NCBI GenBank assembly: GCA_964016885.1
Contig: OZ024741.1
Span: 329,406,001 to 329,470,000, forward strand
DNA: 64,000 bases
Reading direction: 5' to 3'
Source of the DNA: Eledone cirrhosa
Taxonomy: Eukaryota
Of this stretch, positions 25,549-37,898 are shown in pieces; position 1 is the first letter of the stretch; the number at the start of each line of letters is the position of its first letter. The notes beneath the pieces were generated by a model. It had not been told where the DNA came from, ran no database searches, and saw nothing but the letters and a program-made list of their open reading frames with translations. The translations under genes were made by a program, and so were the position numbers.

Positions 25549-27368
25549 TTACCTTTCTTCTCGTAGGGGAAGGACGGTTTTTCCATCCTTTTCAATGCTT
25601 GTGGCCTCCTCAGGAAGGATGTCCTTATAAATCCTCCTGGAGAGTGCTTGTCGGATATCTCCGATGTCTTTGGGGAATTTTTGTTTTAGTGTCATGTACG
25701 TTTTCTGTGTGATGCGAGTGATTTGTATGTGTGGAGGTGGTGTGAATTTTTGGGTCGTTGTGTAGTCTTTTTCTGTGATGCTGGTGTTGTGTTGGATGTA
25801 GTGTAATAATTGCTTGTTGTTCAAATTTAATGCTGTGTAGTGTGTATCGTTTTGGTTGTTTTGTTTTGTTTGCGTTTGTTGTGGGTTTGTTTCTGTTTCG
25901 CATTTTGGTGACTTTTGTGGTGTAGGTGATGGTGGTGTTGGGGTTAATGATGGTGATGGTGTTGGTGTTTGGGTTGATGGGGTTGGTGATGCTGGTGTGG
26001 ATGGTGGCATATCTGTCCTAACTTTTTTGTTTCTTAATTTATTTGTTTCCCTCTGTATTTTGTTTTTGGAGGGGGAAGGAAGAGAATTTTTTCTTTTTTG
26101 GTTTCTTTTTTTTTTCTGGATACCGTTTCCCACTCCTCGTCGTCACAATCTGTCTCCAGTTGTGATAGGCCGGGGAGTGGAAAATCCTCCACAGGCGTTA
26201 GTTTTGGTTGTGGCGTGGTGGATGGTGTAGGCGCTGGTGCTAGTTCTGAAGCGTTGGGTGGTGGTGGTCTTGGTTTTGCTGGTGGTGGTGGTGGTGTTGG
26301 TTTTGCTACTGTTGCTGGGGTTGTTGCTGTTATAGTTGCTTCTGTTGTTGCTGCTACATCTGTTGCTGCCATCTCTGCTACTGGTGGTGTTGTTGTTTGT
26401 GTCACTGGGGTGGGTAGGAGAGGTGGCCTCAACCTTTTAGCCTGAGGGCAGAAAGCCCTTAGGTGGGTTCCTTCACCACAAACGACACACCTAGGCCTTC
26501 TGCCCTCGACAATTACGGTGAGGTGGCTGCCGTCAGTGAGGTCTATTACCTCTGGGATCTCCTCAATGCTTTTTTGGTCCGCTTGGATCAGGAGCTCCAT
26601 CCCAGATCCGGACCAGTTCTCCTGCTTTTCTTTTGCTATTGCTATTATTTTTGTGTTGGCTTCGATGCCGGCGAGGACGGCCGCTATTAGCCAGGGAATT
26701 TCGATGGCCGGTTGAACGTGGGTCACCCTGATCTTTACGAGTCTCTGGCCACAATAGCTTGGGGCGAGTGTGAAGTCGTCACTTCTTAATGGGGCCATGG
26801 AGTGTTCTCTGGCCTCCTCTGGTGTTTCAAAGAACACGTCCACGGTTCCATACTTCTGCCCACGTCTGATGTGGGTTTTTCTTGCCCACACATGTCCCAA
26901 AGCTTTTTGGATTTGGGACTCGGATGCCCGTTCCACTCGGCGCGATTTTACATTTATTGTTCGATACGACACGGTGCATAGGCGCCGATGCTCCATTTTA
27001 TTAGGTGGGGGGGTGAGGCTGACCCTGTACCCATCTTTCTTTACCATTTGTTTGGCATTTTCTAATTCCTCCTGAGTTACCGTATATGCTTCGCACTGTT
27101 TTGCTACTCTGGCAAAACTGAGGGTGGTTTTTTTAATGTCATTGTTGTTGTTGTTGCTATCGTTATTTTTGTTATTATTAATTTTAGTTTCAGTTGTGGT
27201 GGTGGTGACGTCAGTGAAAGTAGGTTTGGGAGAGTCTATTTTGGTTGAAAATATTTCGACATCACGAGTTGATTTATTTTTTCCTTTTGTTTCTGTTGTC
27301 GCGGTGGTGGTGGGGATGGTGGTTGTCGCGGTGGTGGTGGCGGTGGCGGCTTTAACACCTGCAGTCAT
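25549..27368 (-). pseudogene. Tx1-like ORF1 (CCHC zinc-knuckle nucleic-acid-binding protein), frameshift in A-run near 26110
   Basis: VEGRRPRCVVCGEGTHLRAFC = CX2CX4HX4C; Thr/Pro-rich flanks; ORFs 26034..27368 and 25549..26133. Confidence 0.85.
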
Positions 27369-27747
27369 TGGTAATGGCGGGAAATGTATGTCTGCCTGAG
27401 ATAAATTTAAAATATTGCTAGTTCCTTAAATTATTTGTGTTGGAAGACGTATAATCATTTACAATGTGTTAATTTGTGAGGTGTTAATTTGTGAGAAAGG
27501 CTTTCAGCTGCTTGGTGCAGTGGTGAATTAGCCATTTTTTTTTCAAAGAATTTTTTTGATAATCATAAAAGTTTAAATTTTGGGCACAAGGCCCCAATCT
27601 TTTTGGGTGTCCTTTTCGGAAAACAATGTATGTGCGCTTATATATAGTTAACAATAAAAATTTTCCATAAATGGCAATTTTTAACAAACGGAAATAACAA
27701 ACCTTTGCGGAGCTCACGATGATACGATTTACTATGTAGGTCACCAA

Positions 27748-27755
27748 TAATAATA

Positions 27756-27799
<44 letters not shown>

Positions 27800-30700
27800 T
27801 TTCTTTATTGGCCACAAGGGCTGACATCAAGAAAAACATTACAGACGGCACAGGACGGTACGATGTGGGTTTTGTGCGTGTAAATATTTTTATTATTTAT
27901 ATAAGAAAAGAAAAAAAAGGACATAGAAACATATATATATATATAAACAATAAAAATGAAAATTGAAACAATGAAAAATTCCCCAATAGGGGGGAAACCT
28001 CCGAGGTTTACTCGTGGCGAAAACCACACAAAAGACCACAGCCACCCTGACCACCAGGGCAAGCGCCCTCTCTCAATTTTTCCATTTCTCAAACTACAGA
28101 CGTATATTCAGAGTGGTCCCGTTCACTCGGACCATTCTCGCTACATTCACCCACCTTTCAACAAACTTGCTAGAAGGCAGCACTTGCCTCTCCACCCTGA
28201 TATTCCTCTTCAAGTGAAACTTGAAAAAGTTAATTAGGGATTCGCCGAAGAGGAAAGTGTTTGTCTTTAACCCTTTCAACCTTGTCCACCACACAATCTC
28301 TTTTGCCATGGCCACCAGGCAGATGAAAACCGCCTGCCCTTCCTCCTCGAAGGAAGACGGCGAGACCATATGCACAATGGATCAGTCCTACACGCGACAG
28401 CAACTGTTCGACATAGCTCCACAAGTCAGCAATGCTCGGGCACTGAACGAGTGCGTGCACGACGGTTTCGTTGCTCTGCGCGCATCTCGGACAGGCTCGG
28501 CTGACGGCACTTCCGTGCCTGTAGAGCTTATCTCGAACCGGCAGCGCTCCCCGGTAGCACTGCCAGGCCAGGCATTTTTTGGAAGTTATCCATAGGCCCT
28601 GGGCTGAAAGTTCCCCGGAAGAGAGCAAACAGCTGATCTTCTTCGACGCCTAGGATCTCTCCGAGAATGCCGTCGCTCTTCCCCTCCACTAGTCCTCTAT
28701 AGAACGCCGAGGTGGATGTTACACCGATACTGGTACCCAGCTGGCAGAGGGCAGTGAGCGCCTGGAGACATTCCAGTCTCCAAGCGCTATCCCTCGGTCT
28801 TTTACTGACCCAGGACTGCAGCTCCGTCAAGGAGACGAGCTGTGGGAAAACGTGCCTGGCGAACGGCGACCACACCTGTTAACCATCAAGGAAGCACCAG
28901 AGATGTCGCAGCCTCAGCGCATGTTTGCGCATCATCAGCCATGGCATGCCCAGTCCTCCACGCAACGGGTGTTGACAGCAGATGGATCGTCTGACCATCG
29001 GAGCGCGTCCCTTCCACAAAAAGCGTAGGAGGAGGCGCTCCATTTTGGTGAGAGTTGGGCTGGAGCAAGGGACGATGGTGAGGCGGTAGCAGATGACGGA
29101 TGCGATGTACGCATTCGCCACCTCCGCCCGGCCTTTCAGGGACAGCTTCCTCTCGGCCCATTTCTGGGTGAGGGAGGCCACCCTGCTCGTCACCTCGTTC
29201 CAGTTTTTCTCCATCTGGAGATCCGGTCCGAACCAGACCCCGAGCAATTTAACCGGTCCGTCCGTCCAACGCCCCACGACGCTGTCGGAAGGCATGGACT
29301 TGCCTCTCCAGGTGCCGAGCTGCAAGTCCACCGACTTTTCCTGGTTTATCTTTGCTCCTGTCACCGCTTCGTATTCCTTGAGAGCGGTGCCGAGCATCTG
29401 GACGTGTTTGGTGCTCGACACCACCACGGTGACGTCGTCAGCGTAAGCCGACTCGGATTTCCCGCATCCTAGTTCGCGTGGGACGCCCCTCATCGCCTCC
29501 AGTTTGTGCAGTAACGGCTCGAGAGCAAATACGTACAAGAGGGACCAGAGGGGACAACCCTGGCGGACTGAGCGCATGATGCTGAACGGCTGCGACAGGT
29601 GACCGTTCACTCTCACAACTGAGCAGATGTCGCTGTTCATTGCTGCGATCCAACCCCTGAAAACGGGCCCGAAACCGGCTGCCTCGAGGACCGCCGCCAG
29701 GTACCGATGGTCGACCCTATTGAATGCTTTGGATTGATCCAAGTTGATCAGGGCCCCACCCGTGCCAGGTTCCTTAACCACCCACTCCATGATGTATCGC
29801 ATGAGGTGGAGGTTGTCGTGTATGGATTTGTCCGGAATGGCGCATGTCTGCGCCTCTCCCACCAGACCCTTGACGACAAGCGCCAACCTCGTTGCTAACA
29901 CCTTGGCCAAAATCTTGAACTCTGCGTTTAGCAGGGTTATGGGCCTGAAATTATCGATAACATCCCTCTTGTTCGGGTCTTTTCTCAGCAGCGCCACTGC
30001 TCCCCGGCTCACAAAACTGGGAATGCTCCCGTTCTGCTGCCAGTTGCAGTAGACGTCTGCTAAGAGGTCACCGAACAAGTCTGGCATAAATGCATAAAGC
30101 TTGTAGGGCAGACCATCCAAAACTGGCGATTTACCCCTTGTGCAGTTAGCCATCGCTTCCCGTATTTCACCAGCTGTTATTGGCTTTTCGCAACACTGTG
30201 CTGCGGTCGTCGAGAGCCGAGGCAGTCCGTCGAGGTATGCACTGAAGTCCATGCTCCGATCCGGACCGCCGCCGCTCCCGAACAGTTCAGCAAAGTGCTG
30301 CTGAAAAGCTTCACACATCCGCTCGTGTTCGAGTATCACGCACCCGTTTTGGTCAGACAAAGACCGAATTGTGGCTTTGTTGCCACGTCGCGCCTTGCCA
30401 TCCGGGCCCATTGGACGACTTTTGTCCCCTCGTGTTTTAGAGCACGCGCTCTAACTCTGACAACGCAGCCTTCGTGTTTTGCGTTGAAGAATTGGTCGAG
30501 TGGTAATCTCGCCGCAAGCACGTCGGTTGCGATGCCTTTCCTAATCGCCTCTTCTAGCTTTCTGACTAGCTCTCCCTCTACTCTATTTTCCTCTATCACT
30601 ACTCCTTTGCTAAACCTAATCGACTCTACTTTAATTGCCCTTTTCAGAGCGAACCACCACCTGTTGTTGACGACCGCTCTCGTCTCTGTAAACTTTGCGC

Positions 30701-32620
30701 GCCGGGAAAGACGCGTTCCGCTTCCAGTAACCAGGCCCTTGTCTATGAAGTCTGTCTATGACGATCTCACAGATCACAAATTTGTGGTCTGTGTAGTCGA
30801 CTATTTTAAATTCTGGACAACTTATACTAGCCTTATCTAGTTCTCTGCAGAATACCCTATCGAGATACGATCTGGATGACCCGATGCGGTTTGTCCATGT
30901 CCACATTGGCACATTCGGGTGATCCAGTCGATACCTGTCAGACAGTTAAAAACGTCTGAGCAGGTTGGTGAGGCTCTTGCACCCTCCTCCCCTATCCACT
31001 AGCCCCACACAATCCCAGCGTGCATCCAAGATACCGTTCCAGTCGCCCACTAACACTAAAGAGCGGGACGTTCCAAGAAAGGTCTCTAGACGTCTGAAGA
31101 AATCTGGCCGTCCTGCCCCTGTTGGGGCGTAGACGACTTACCTTCTGGTTCTAGGAAGATGGCCCGTATGGCGAGGTCCAAGCCTCTCCGAAAAAGGACG
31201 GCAACTCCTCCCCCCGATCCTGGACGGCTGGAAGATGCGTATACATCGTAGCCGCCGAAGATCGGTGCGAAGGCTTGTGCTTCGGAGATTCTGGTTTCAC
31301 TGATGGCCACCACATCTATGTTTAGTGACCTGAATTCGTTGAGCAGGTGACCCTGCTTCCAAGATGACCCCAGGCCACGTGCATTTATACTGCCTATTCT
31401 GAGTACGGCCATGTTGGATGAGAAACGGGGCAAGTGAGAAAGGGTCACTTACCTTGATCGTGTGGTGAAGGGACAGTAGAACCGTCCCTTTCGCTGGTCA
31501 TGGGTGTTTCCAAGAGGATGTCAGTGTATATCCTCTTGGTAACCGACCCTCCGAAGTCTCCAACTGCGTTGGGGAATTTTTGTTTTAAAGGTTTGTACTG
31601 TTTTATTGAGATTTCGATGATGCTTATGTTTGTCGGGAGAGTTCTTGGTATTGGTGGGGTGTAGTAGTTTTTTTCTGTGATGTCTGTGTGCTGCTTTATA
31701 TATTGTATAAGTTCTTTTTTTTGCCATGTTTATGGCTGTGTACTTTTTGGGGGGAGGGGTGATTTTGTTGCTGTTTTCTTCTTGTTGCTGTTTGGTGTGT
31801 GTGTCTTGTTGTGTTTGCGTTGTTGGTGTTTTTGGTGATGCTGGTGGTGGTGTGGTTTTTGTTGTCAGTGGTGCTTGTGGTGGTGATGGTGGTGGTGTTG
31901 CTGCAAGTTTCCTTGCTGCCTTTACCCCTTCTTTGTATGCCTTCGCTTTTGGAGGGTGAATCTAAGGTTTTTTTTGTTTTTTTGTTTTTGTGGCAGACCG
32001 TTTGCCACTTCACTCCCGCCTCAAACTCCATGTCGGATTCTGTGGCGTCTGGGAGGGGTATGTACTCCACGGCTGTTGGTGGTGGTAGTGGAGCCCTCTT
32101 CGGCAATTTTGTTGCTGGTGTACTTCAAATGTAGCTATTGGTGTTGCCGCCACTGATGATTGTGCTTTAGTTGTCCGTGGCCTTGGTACGGGTGCTATGG
32201 ACGTTGCCCTCCTACTCACCGTGGAAGGGGCTTCTGCGTTTGTTGCCTGCCCTGCTCTTGGTAGCAGCGGACCAGGTATTGGAAGGAGAGGGGCCTTCTT
32301 CTTCGCTGTCTTTTGCGGGCAAAAGGCCTTGAGGTGACCCTTCGACCCACAGAAATAACATTTGGGTCGTCTTCCTTCTACACTTATAGGGAGTTGGAGT
32401 CCTTCCTCGATGTCTATGATATCGGGGATAGCGTCGATACATTCCTGGTCAGTTTGTATAAGCATTTGCATGCCTATACCTGACCAGTTCTCTCTCCCTA
32501 TTTTTTCTACTTGCAGCATGGTCGTCCTGTTCTCGATTCCAGCAAGGACAGACGCGGCCAGCCAAGGTATGGGCACGTCGGGTGGGACCTGGGTCACTTT
32601 GACCCTCACAATTTTCTGCC
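27748..32620 (-). mobile_element. Tx1/L1-clade LINE copy 2 (5'-truncated in ORF1, intact 3' end with AATAAA and (ATT)n tail)
   Basis: ORF1 CYFCGSKGHLKAFC; APE SINARGL/SET/GDWN/YLDRVF/TDHK; RT AYADD (28879..30411); C-terminal CPRC...ETVVHALVQC; tail 27748-27798. Confidence 0.92.
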
Positions 32621-34150
32621 ATATTATCTCCTCATAATAACCTCCTCTTCATGGACGATCTTCAGCTCTTCGGGAAGAGTGAGAAGGAGTTAGGTGTGCT
32701 TGTTGACACTGTCCGTATTTTCAGTAATGATATATGTATGCAATTTGGTATTAGTAAGTGTGGAGTCCTTGTGATGAAGAGGGGTAAATTGAGCAGAAGC
32801 AACGGAATCCAGGTACCAACAGGTGAGATGATAAAGGAAATTGACACTGAAGAAGGATACAAGTATTTGGGTGTTCTGGAAGCTGATGACATCAAGAACA
32901 AAAAAATTAAGGAATTGATAAGATCTGAATACATTCGGAGAGTAAGGAGCATATTAAAGTCGCATCTGAACAGTAGGAATGCCATAAGTGCAGTAAATTC
33001 CCGAGCTGTGTCTATTATTAGGTACAGTGCGGGAATTCTGAGATGGAATGTTGCTGAACAAAAAGAAATGGATAGGAAGACTAGGAAGCTATTGACTATC
33101 TACAACATGTTCCACAAGAGGAGTGATGTCGATAGACTCTACTTAACGAGATCTGAAGGTGGAAGAGGTCTTATCAGCATAGTGGACTGTGTTCAGATGG
33201 AGAAAAACAACCTACACAAATACGTGACCGATAGTAAGGAGCCAATGCTCAGAATTGTACTGAAGGAGAAGACAATGTCCAAGGAGGAAATAACAACAAG
33301 GAGAAAGAGCAGCCTTCATGAAAAATCCCTTCATAGTACCTTCTTTGAGAAAACGGAATTCAGAGATCCACAGACATGGAACTGGTTGAAAAGAGGAGAC
33401 CTTAAAAAGGCTACACAAGGAATGCTAATGGCTGCGCAAGAGCAGGCCCTCAAAACGAAGTGGCTGAAACACCATATTTACAAGGAGGAGGCTAGCCCAC
33501 TGTGCAGGATCTGTGGAGAGAGAGAGAGAGGAGACTGTGGCTCACATTGTATCTGAGTGTAAACACCTAGCCCAGACTCACTATAAAGGCTGGATACATG
33601 ATGTGATGGGCAGGGTGATCCACTGGCACCTATGCAAAGTAAACAATTTACCACATTCTGAGAAGTGGTATAAGCATAAGCCAGAGTCGGTGATAGAAAA
33701 CGATCAGGTGAAGGTGCTGTGGGATTTTAGTATACAGACGGACAAGAAACTGGAACACAATAGACCTGACCTGGTGGTTTTGGACAAGGAAAAAAGATCG
33801 TGCCTGGTTGTGGATGTGGTCTGCCCATTCGACACGAGAGTGCAAGAGAAGGAGAGGGAGAAAATTAACCGATACCAAGACTTAAAGTGGGAGGTAAAAA
33901 GGATTTGGAACTGCCATGATGTCAAAGTGATTGTCATAGGCGCACTAGGTACTATCTCAAAGAATTTCCAGGGATGGTTAAAGAAAATTGGCTCCGCCCC
34001 GCTTTTTGGAACACTTCAAAAGGCATGCTTGCTTGGAACAGCAAGAACCCTCCGATACGTCCTTAATATCTGAGGCTGCCGGTAGTGGCTTGATATTCAT
34101 TTCAACAAACTTTCCAGTTAACTAACATCAATGACTGAGACTCAAAGAAC

Positions 34151-34180
<30 letters not shown>
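32621..34180 (+). mobile_element. R4/Dong-like non-LTR retrotransposon, 5'-truncated (RT C-half, CCHC, restriction-like endonuclease), (AAT)n tail
   Basis: MDDLQLF, YKYLG, EGGRGL, AAQEQAL, CRICG..ETVAHIVSEC, RPDLVV...DVVCPFD...EKINRYQDL; frameshift in (GA)n near 33520. Confidence 0.88.
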
Positions 34181-34182
<2 letters not shown>

Positions 34183-34493
34183 CAGGACCTAAAGTGGGAA
34201 GTGAAAAGGATCTGGAACTGCCATGAAGTCAAAGTGATCCCGATTGTCATAGGCGCACTGGGGACTATCTCCAAAAGTTTCCAGGGATGGTTAAAGAAAA
34301 TCGGCCCCTTCACGCTTTTTGGAACGCTTCAAAAGGCATGCTTGCTTGGAACAGCAAGAACCCTCCGATACGTCCTGAATATCTGAGGCTGCAGGTAGTG
34401 GCTTGATATTCAATCCAACGGACTTTCCAGTTAACCAACATCAATGACTGAGATTCAAGGAATAACAACAATAATAATAATAATAATAATAAT
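34181..34493 (+). mobile_element. Second short 3'-end copy of the R4-like LINE in tandem, (AAT)n tail
   Basis: Near-identical to 33874-34180. Confidence 0.9.
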
Positions 34494-34496
34494 ATA

Positions 34497-34763
34497 GAGA
34501 GGACTGGTCTAACTGTACTGGAGAGGACTGGTCTAACTGTACTGGAGAGGACTGGTCTAACCCATGCTGTACTGGAGAGGACTAGTCTAACTCATGCTGT
34601 ACTGGAGAGGACTGGTCTAACCCATGCTGTACGAGAGAGGACTGGTCTAACTATACTAGAGAGGACTGGTCTAACCCATGCTGTACTAGAGGGGACTGGT
34701 CTAACCCATGCAGTACTGGAGAGGACTGGTCTAACCCCTGCTGTACTAGAAGGGACTGGTCTA
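34497..34763. repeat. Minisatellite, 23/30-bp units, about 10 copies
   Basis: gagaggactggtctaac(ccatgc)tgtactg repeated. Confidence 0.9.
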
Positions 34764-35538
34764 ATTTTTTTTTTTATATATAATTATAATCAATGTGCTG
34801 TATTAACTGGCTTACCAATGCACACTGTGAATTTATTTGCCCTAGGTGTCGGGAAGACACTCGGCATATATCTCAGAAGCAATAATTGTTTCTACATTTG
34901 GCACAAGGCCAGCAATTACCCAGTACGTTACTGGTACTTTATTTTATCGACCCCGTAAGGATGAAAGGCAAAGTTAACCTCGGCACTGAAACAATAATGA
35001 AAGAAAATTAAAAAAATAATAATATTTTGATTCTTATCGTGTTTTTATTTCCATGCAAGCAATGTGCAATGCTACCACAATAGATAGGCCCTATCTTGAT
35101 ACAGCTTTTTTGCTAATTAAGCTTAATTATTACAACTGTGTGGACTTATTATATAATTATAGGACTATTTTAGGCAGTAATTGAAACACTGTCATCTGAT
35201 GATTGTTGATAAAAAAATAATCGATTTTGTTAATTACTGTTTTGCTATTAAAGCAATATAACTATTTTTTATGTATAATATTTAAACTCTTTCAAAATTG
35301 ATCAATCCATTTTATATCTTGTGTGTGTGGGAGGCCAATACGTTTTCGTTATCAGTTATGAGATTCGGGATTTTACGCCATTTGTCGAGATGTTCCCTAC
35401 CAAAGGAACCGAGGTTGGCAATCCTGAACCCAACATAAATGTGGTAGATCCTCCGTCAGTTTCGACGTTGAGCATTCGGCTATTCGATTAACCGAACGTC
35501 AAATTTATGAATTAATATGTAAAATGTTGCGTATTCCG

Positions 35539-35569
<31 letters not shown>

Positions 35570-36169
35570 GTGTGTACCATTAACGTAATTACAAGGCCCA
35601 TTCAGTGGGACACAATATATAACGAGACTGGACCTTTTAATTGCAAGTACAATCAATATTGTATCATAGTGTATGGAGTTGAGTATTCCATTGGCACGTG
35701 TACCTTTAAAGTCATTGTGGCACAAGGTGTGACTGTGAGGAAGATTGAACGCGACTGGCGTGCGTGTATGATAGTGTTCATCCCCTCCTTTATCAAGTGA
35801 CAATGAACTAGTCTACGTTTGTGTATCTCACGTGGGATGATTCGCATGCTCTGTATTTACTGTAACTACTCTGTTTTGTAGAAAATAAACGACTTATGCA
35901 GTTGGACTCGGTTGAGCGTCTTGAATAGAGAGCCTAGGATCTAACAGTCTAATTGTCGACAGTAGACCCTTTAAAGGAGGGATAAAGCCAGATCCGTTAA
36001 CTGCACTGACAATTCATCTGTGGAACTTACATTCTGTTTCAATCACAAGACTTGGGTCGACCTGGGGCTATGATAAATACATATGCAAAAGGTAAAAGGA
36101 AACAACAAAGCAAACAACACAGCACAATGAAGAAATATATTAGTTTAACACTTGATATAGTAGGAAACG

Positions 36170-36205
36170 TCTTTACGTTTCGGACACTAATCATTCATCA
36201 GAAGA
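36170..36205 (-). ncRNA. Minimal hammerhead motif with decayed stem II (family D; relatives at ~5235-5265(+) and ~61628-61665(-))
   Basis: Minus strand: tctt CTGATGA atgattagtgtcc GAAA cg TA aaga; comparison of the three copies suggests ancestral a-ggac-tagt-gtcc stem II. Confidence 0.6.
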
Positions 36206-37116
36206 TAGAATGAAATATAAAAGATGCAAAAGAATGATAGAGAGTGACAAGTGAATGTAAAAATAAATATAAAGACCAAAATGTAGGAAAAGAGTCTTTC
36301 ATCAGAAAATAGAATGAAAAAAAAAACATGAAATGTGAAGATAGAGAGTAAGAAGAGGAAGGAACAGAAAATAAAAAAATATATATATGTGTATTCAGTC
36401 AGTCTTTTACACTTTCCTAAGACGCCACGTAGTGGAACCGTACTCTAGAATTATTAAACACCCAACTATGCGTGCGCCCTGTCTATAAATGTATATAGCA
36501 TTTGTATATGTATTCAAGGGTAGACGCAACGTAGCTGAAAGGGTCAGAAGTTCGCTTTGCAATCATTAGTTCACGAAGTCAATCCCACTTCGTGACATCT
36601 TAGGCAAGTGGCATTTACCATAGCCACGTGATGACCCATGCCTTTTGAGTGAAACTGGCTATGTGGAAACTCTTTGGAAGCCCGTCACGTTAAAGGTACA
36701 CGTTTCTGTAGAGTGTTCAACACTTAGATTAAATTTACCAGCCATGTAGACTAAAGTCGAATTTATACATAGAATACAAAGAAACAGAACAAATACTGCA
36801 AGGCACCCCATCGGACACTCTAAAAACTCTACCAATCAACATGCCATTGACTGATATCTTATTTTATCGGCCGCAAAAGGGAAAAAGGGTAAGTTGAAGG
36901 CGGCTGGATTTGAACTCAGAACTCAGAGATCCGAAACAAATTTCGTTATTTATTTTAACTCATGATCTAACGAATCTGTTCTTGTTGTCTATAAATGTTC
37001 ATTGTTCTCTATCTCTATATGAAACATCTCCTTTTCTCTTATAACAAGTTTCCGACAAAACCCGAAACTACGGGGTTGAGAACCAACCAGGCATACCTCG
37101 GCCTAATGTATGAGCT

Positions 37117-37167
<51 letters not shown>

Positions 37168-37215
37168 AGATAGTGAAAGAGTGTGTTTGTGTGTTTGTAT
37201 GTATAAACATATATG

Positions 37216-37267
<52 letters not shown>

Positions 37268-37268
<1 letters not shown>

Positions 37269-37465
37269 GGTTAGAGAACTGGATTCGTAATCATAAGGTT
37301 GTCGGTTCGATTCCTGGACCGGACGATGCGTTATGTCCTTGAGCAAGACACTTTATTTCACGTTGCTCCTTCTACCTGGAGTTGCGACCGATAGATAGTA
37401 TTAGCAATTGGAAAGACCAACAGAAACATTGTTTCCTCGGTCCGATTTGACGAAAGTCGATCGAA
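37268..37465 (+). mobile_element. tRNA-derived SINE family 2; other copies ~36525-36730, 39138-39385, 39840-39950, 63005-63270 (+) and 52340-52440 (-)
   Basis: B-box ggttcgattcc followed by gtccttgagcaagacactttatttcacgttgctcc; A-box tggcttagtgg at ~39146. Confidence 0.7.
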
Positions 37466-37846
37466 AAGGTATATATATATATATATAGGGATGTTCATCT
37501 GTGTGTGTATATGTATACATATATATATATACATACATATAAATAGCTATATGTACACGTACACACACATACACACACATTCACACGTTTGGTTCCCCCT
37601 TACTGATTATGCCATACAATCCATTGCTTCTTAAGACGCAAGAATGTTGAGATAAGTGCATTATGAAAGCTTTTGAACGACCACTTGTCTTGTTTAAATA
37701 GATAGATAGCATACCTAGTTAAACAAATGTATTATAAGAATAAAAATAAAATAAAAATATAGAGCTAACAAACGAAACATCTGTAAATATATACATATGC
37801 ATTCACATGACTTCATAAAGGTATATATATATATATGTGCGCGCGC

Positions 37847-37898
<52 letters not shown>

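Larger units (their letters stand above)
23057..27747 (-). mobile_element. Tx1/L1-clade LINE copy 1 (5' end present, 3' end lost)
   Basis: ORF1 with zinc knuckle plus ORF2 APE-RT; homologous to copy 2 until ~23057. Confidence 0.9.

Noticed and set aside
34497-34763. Short repeat array after the R4-like LINE
   Set aside because: Plain minisatellite without spacers; not CRISPR
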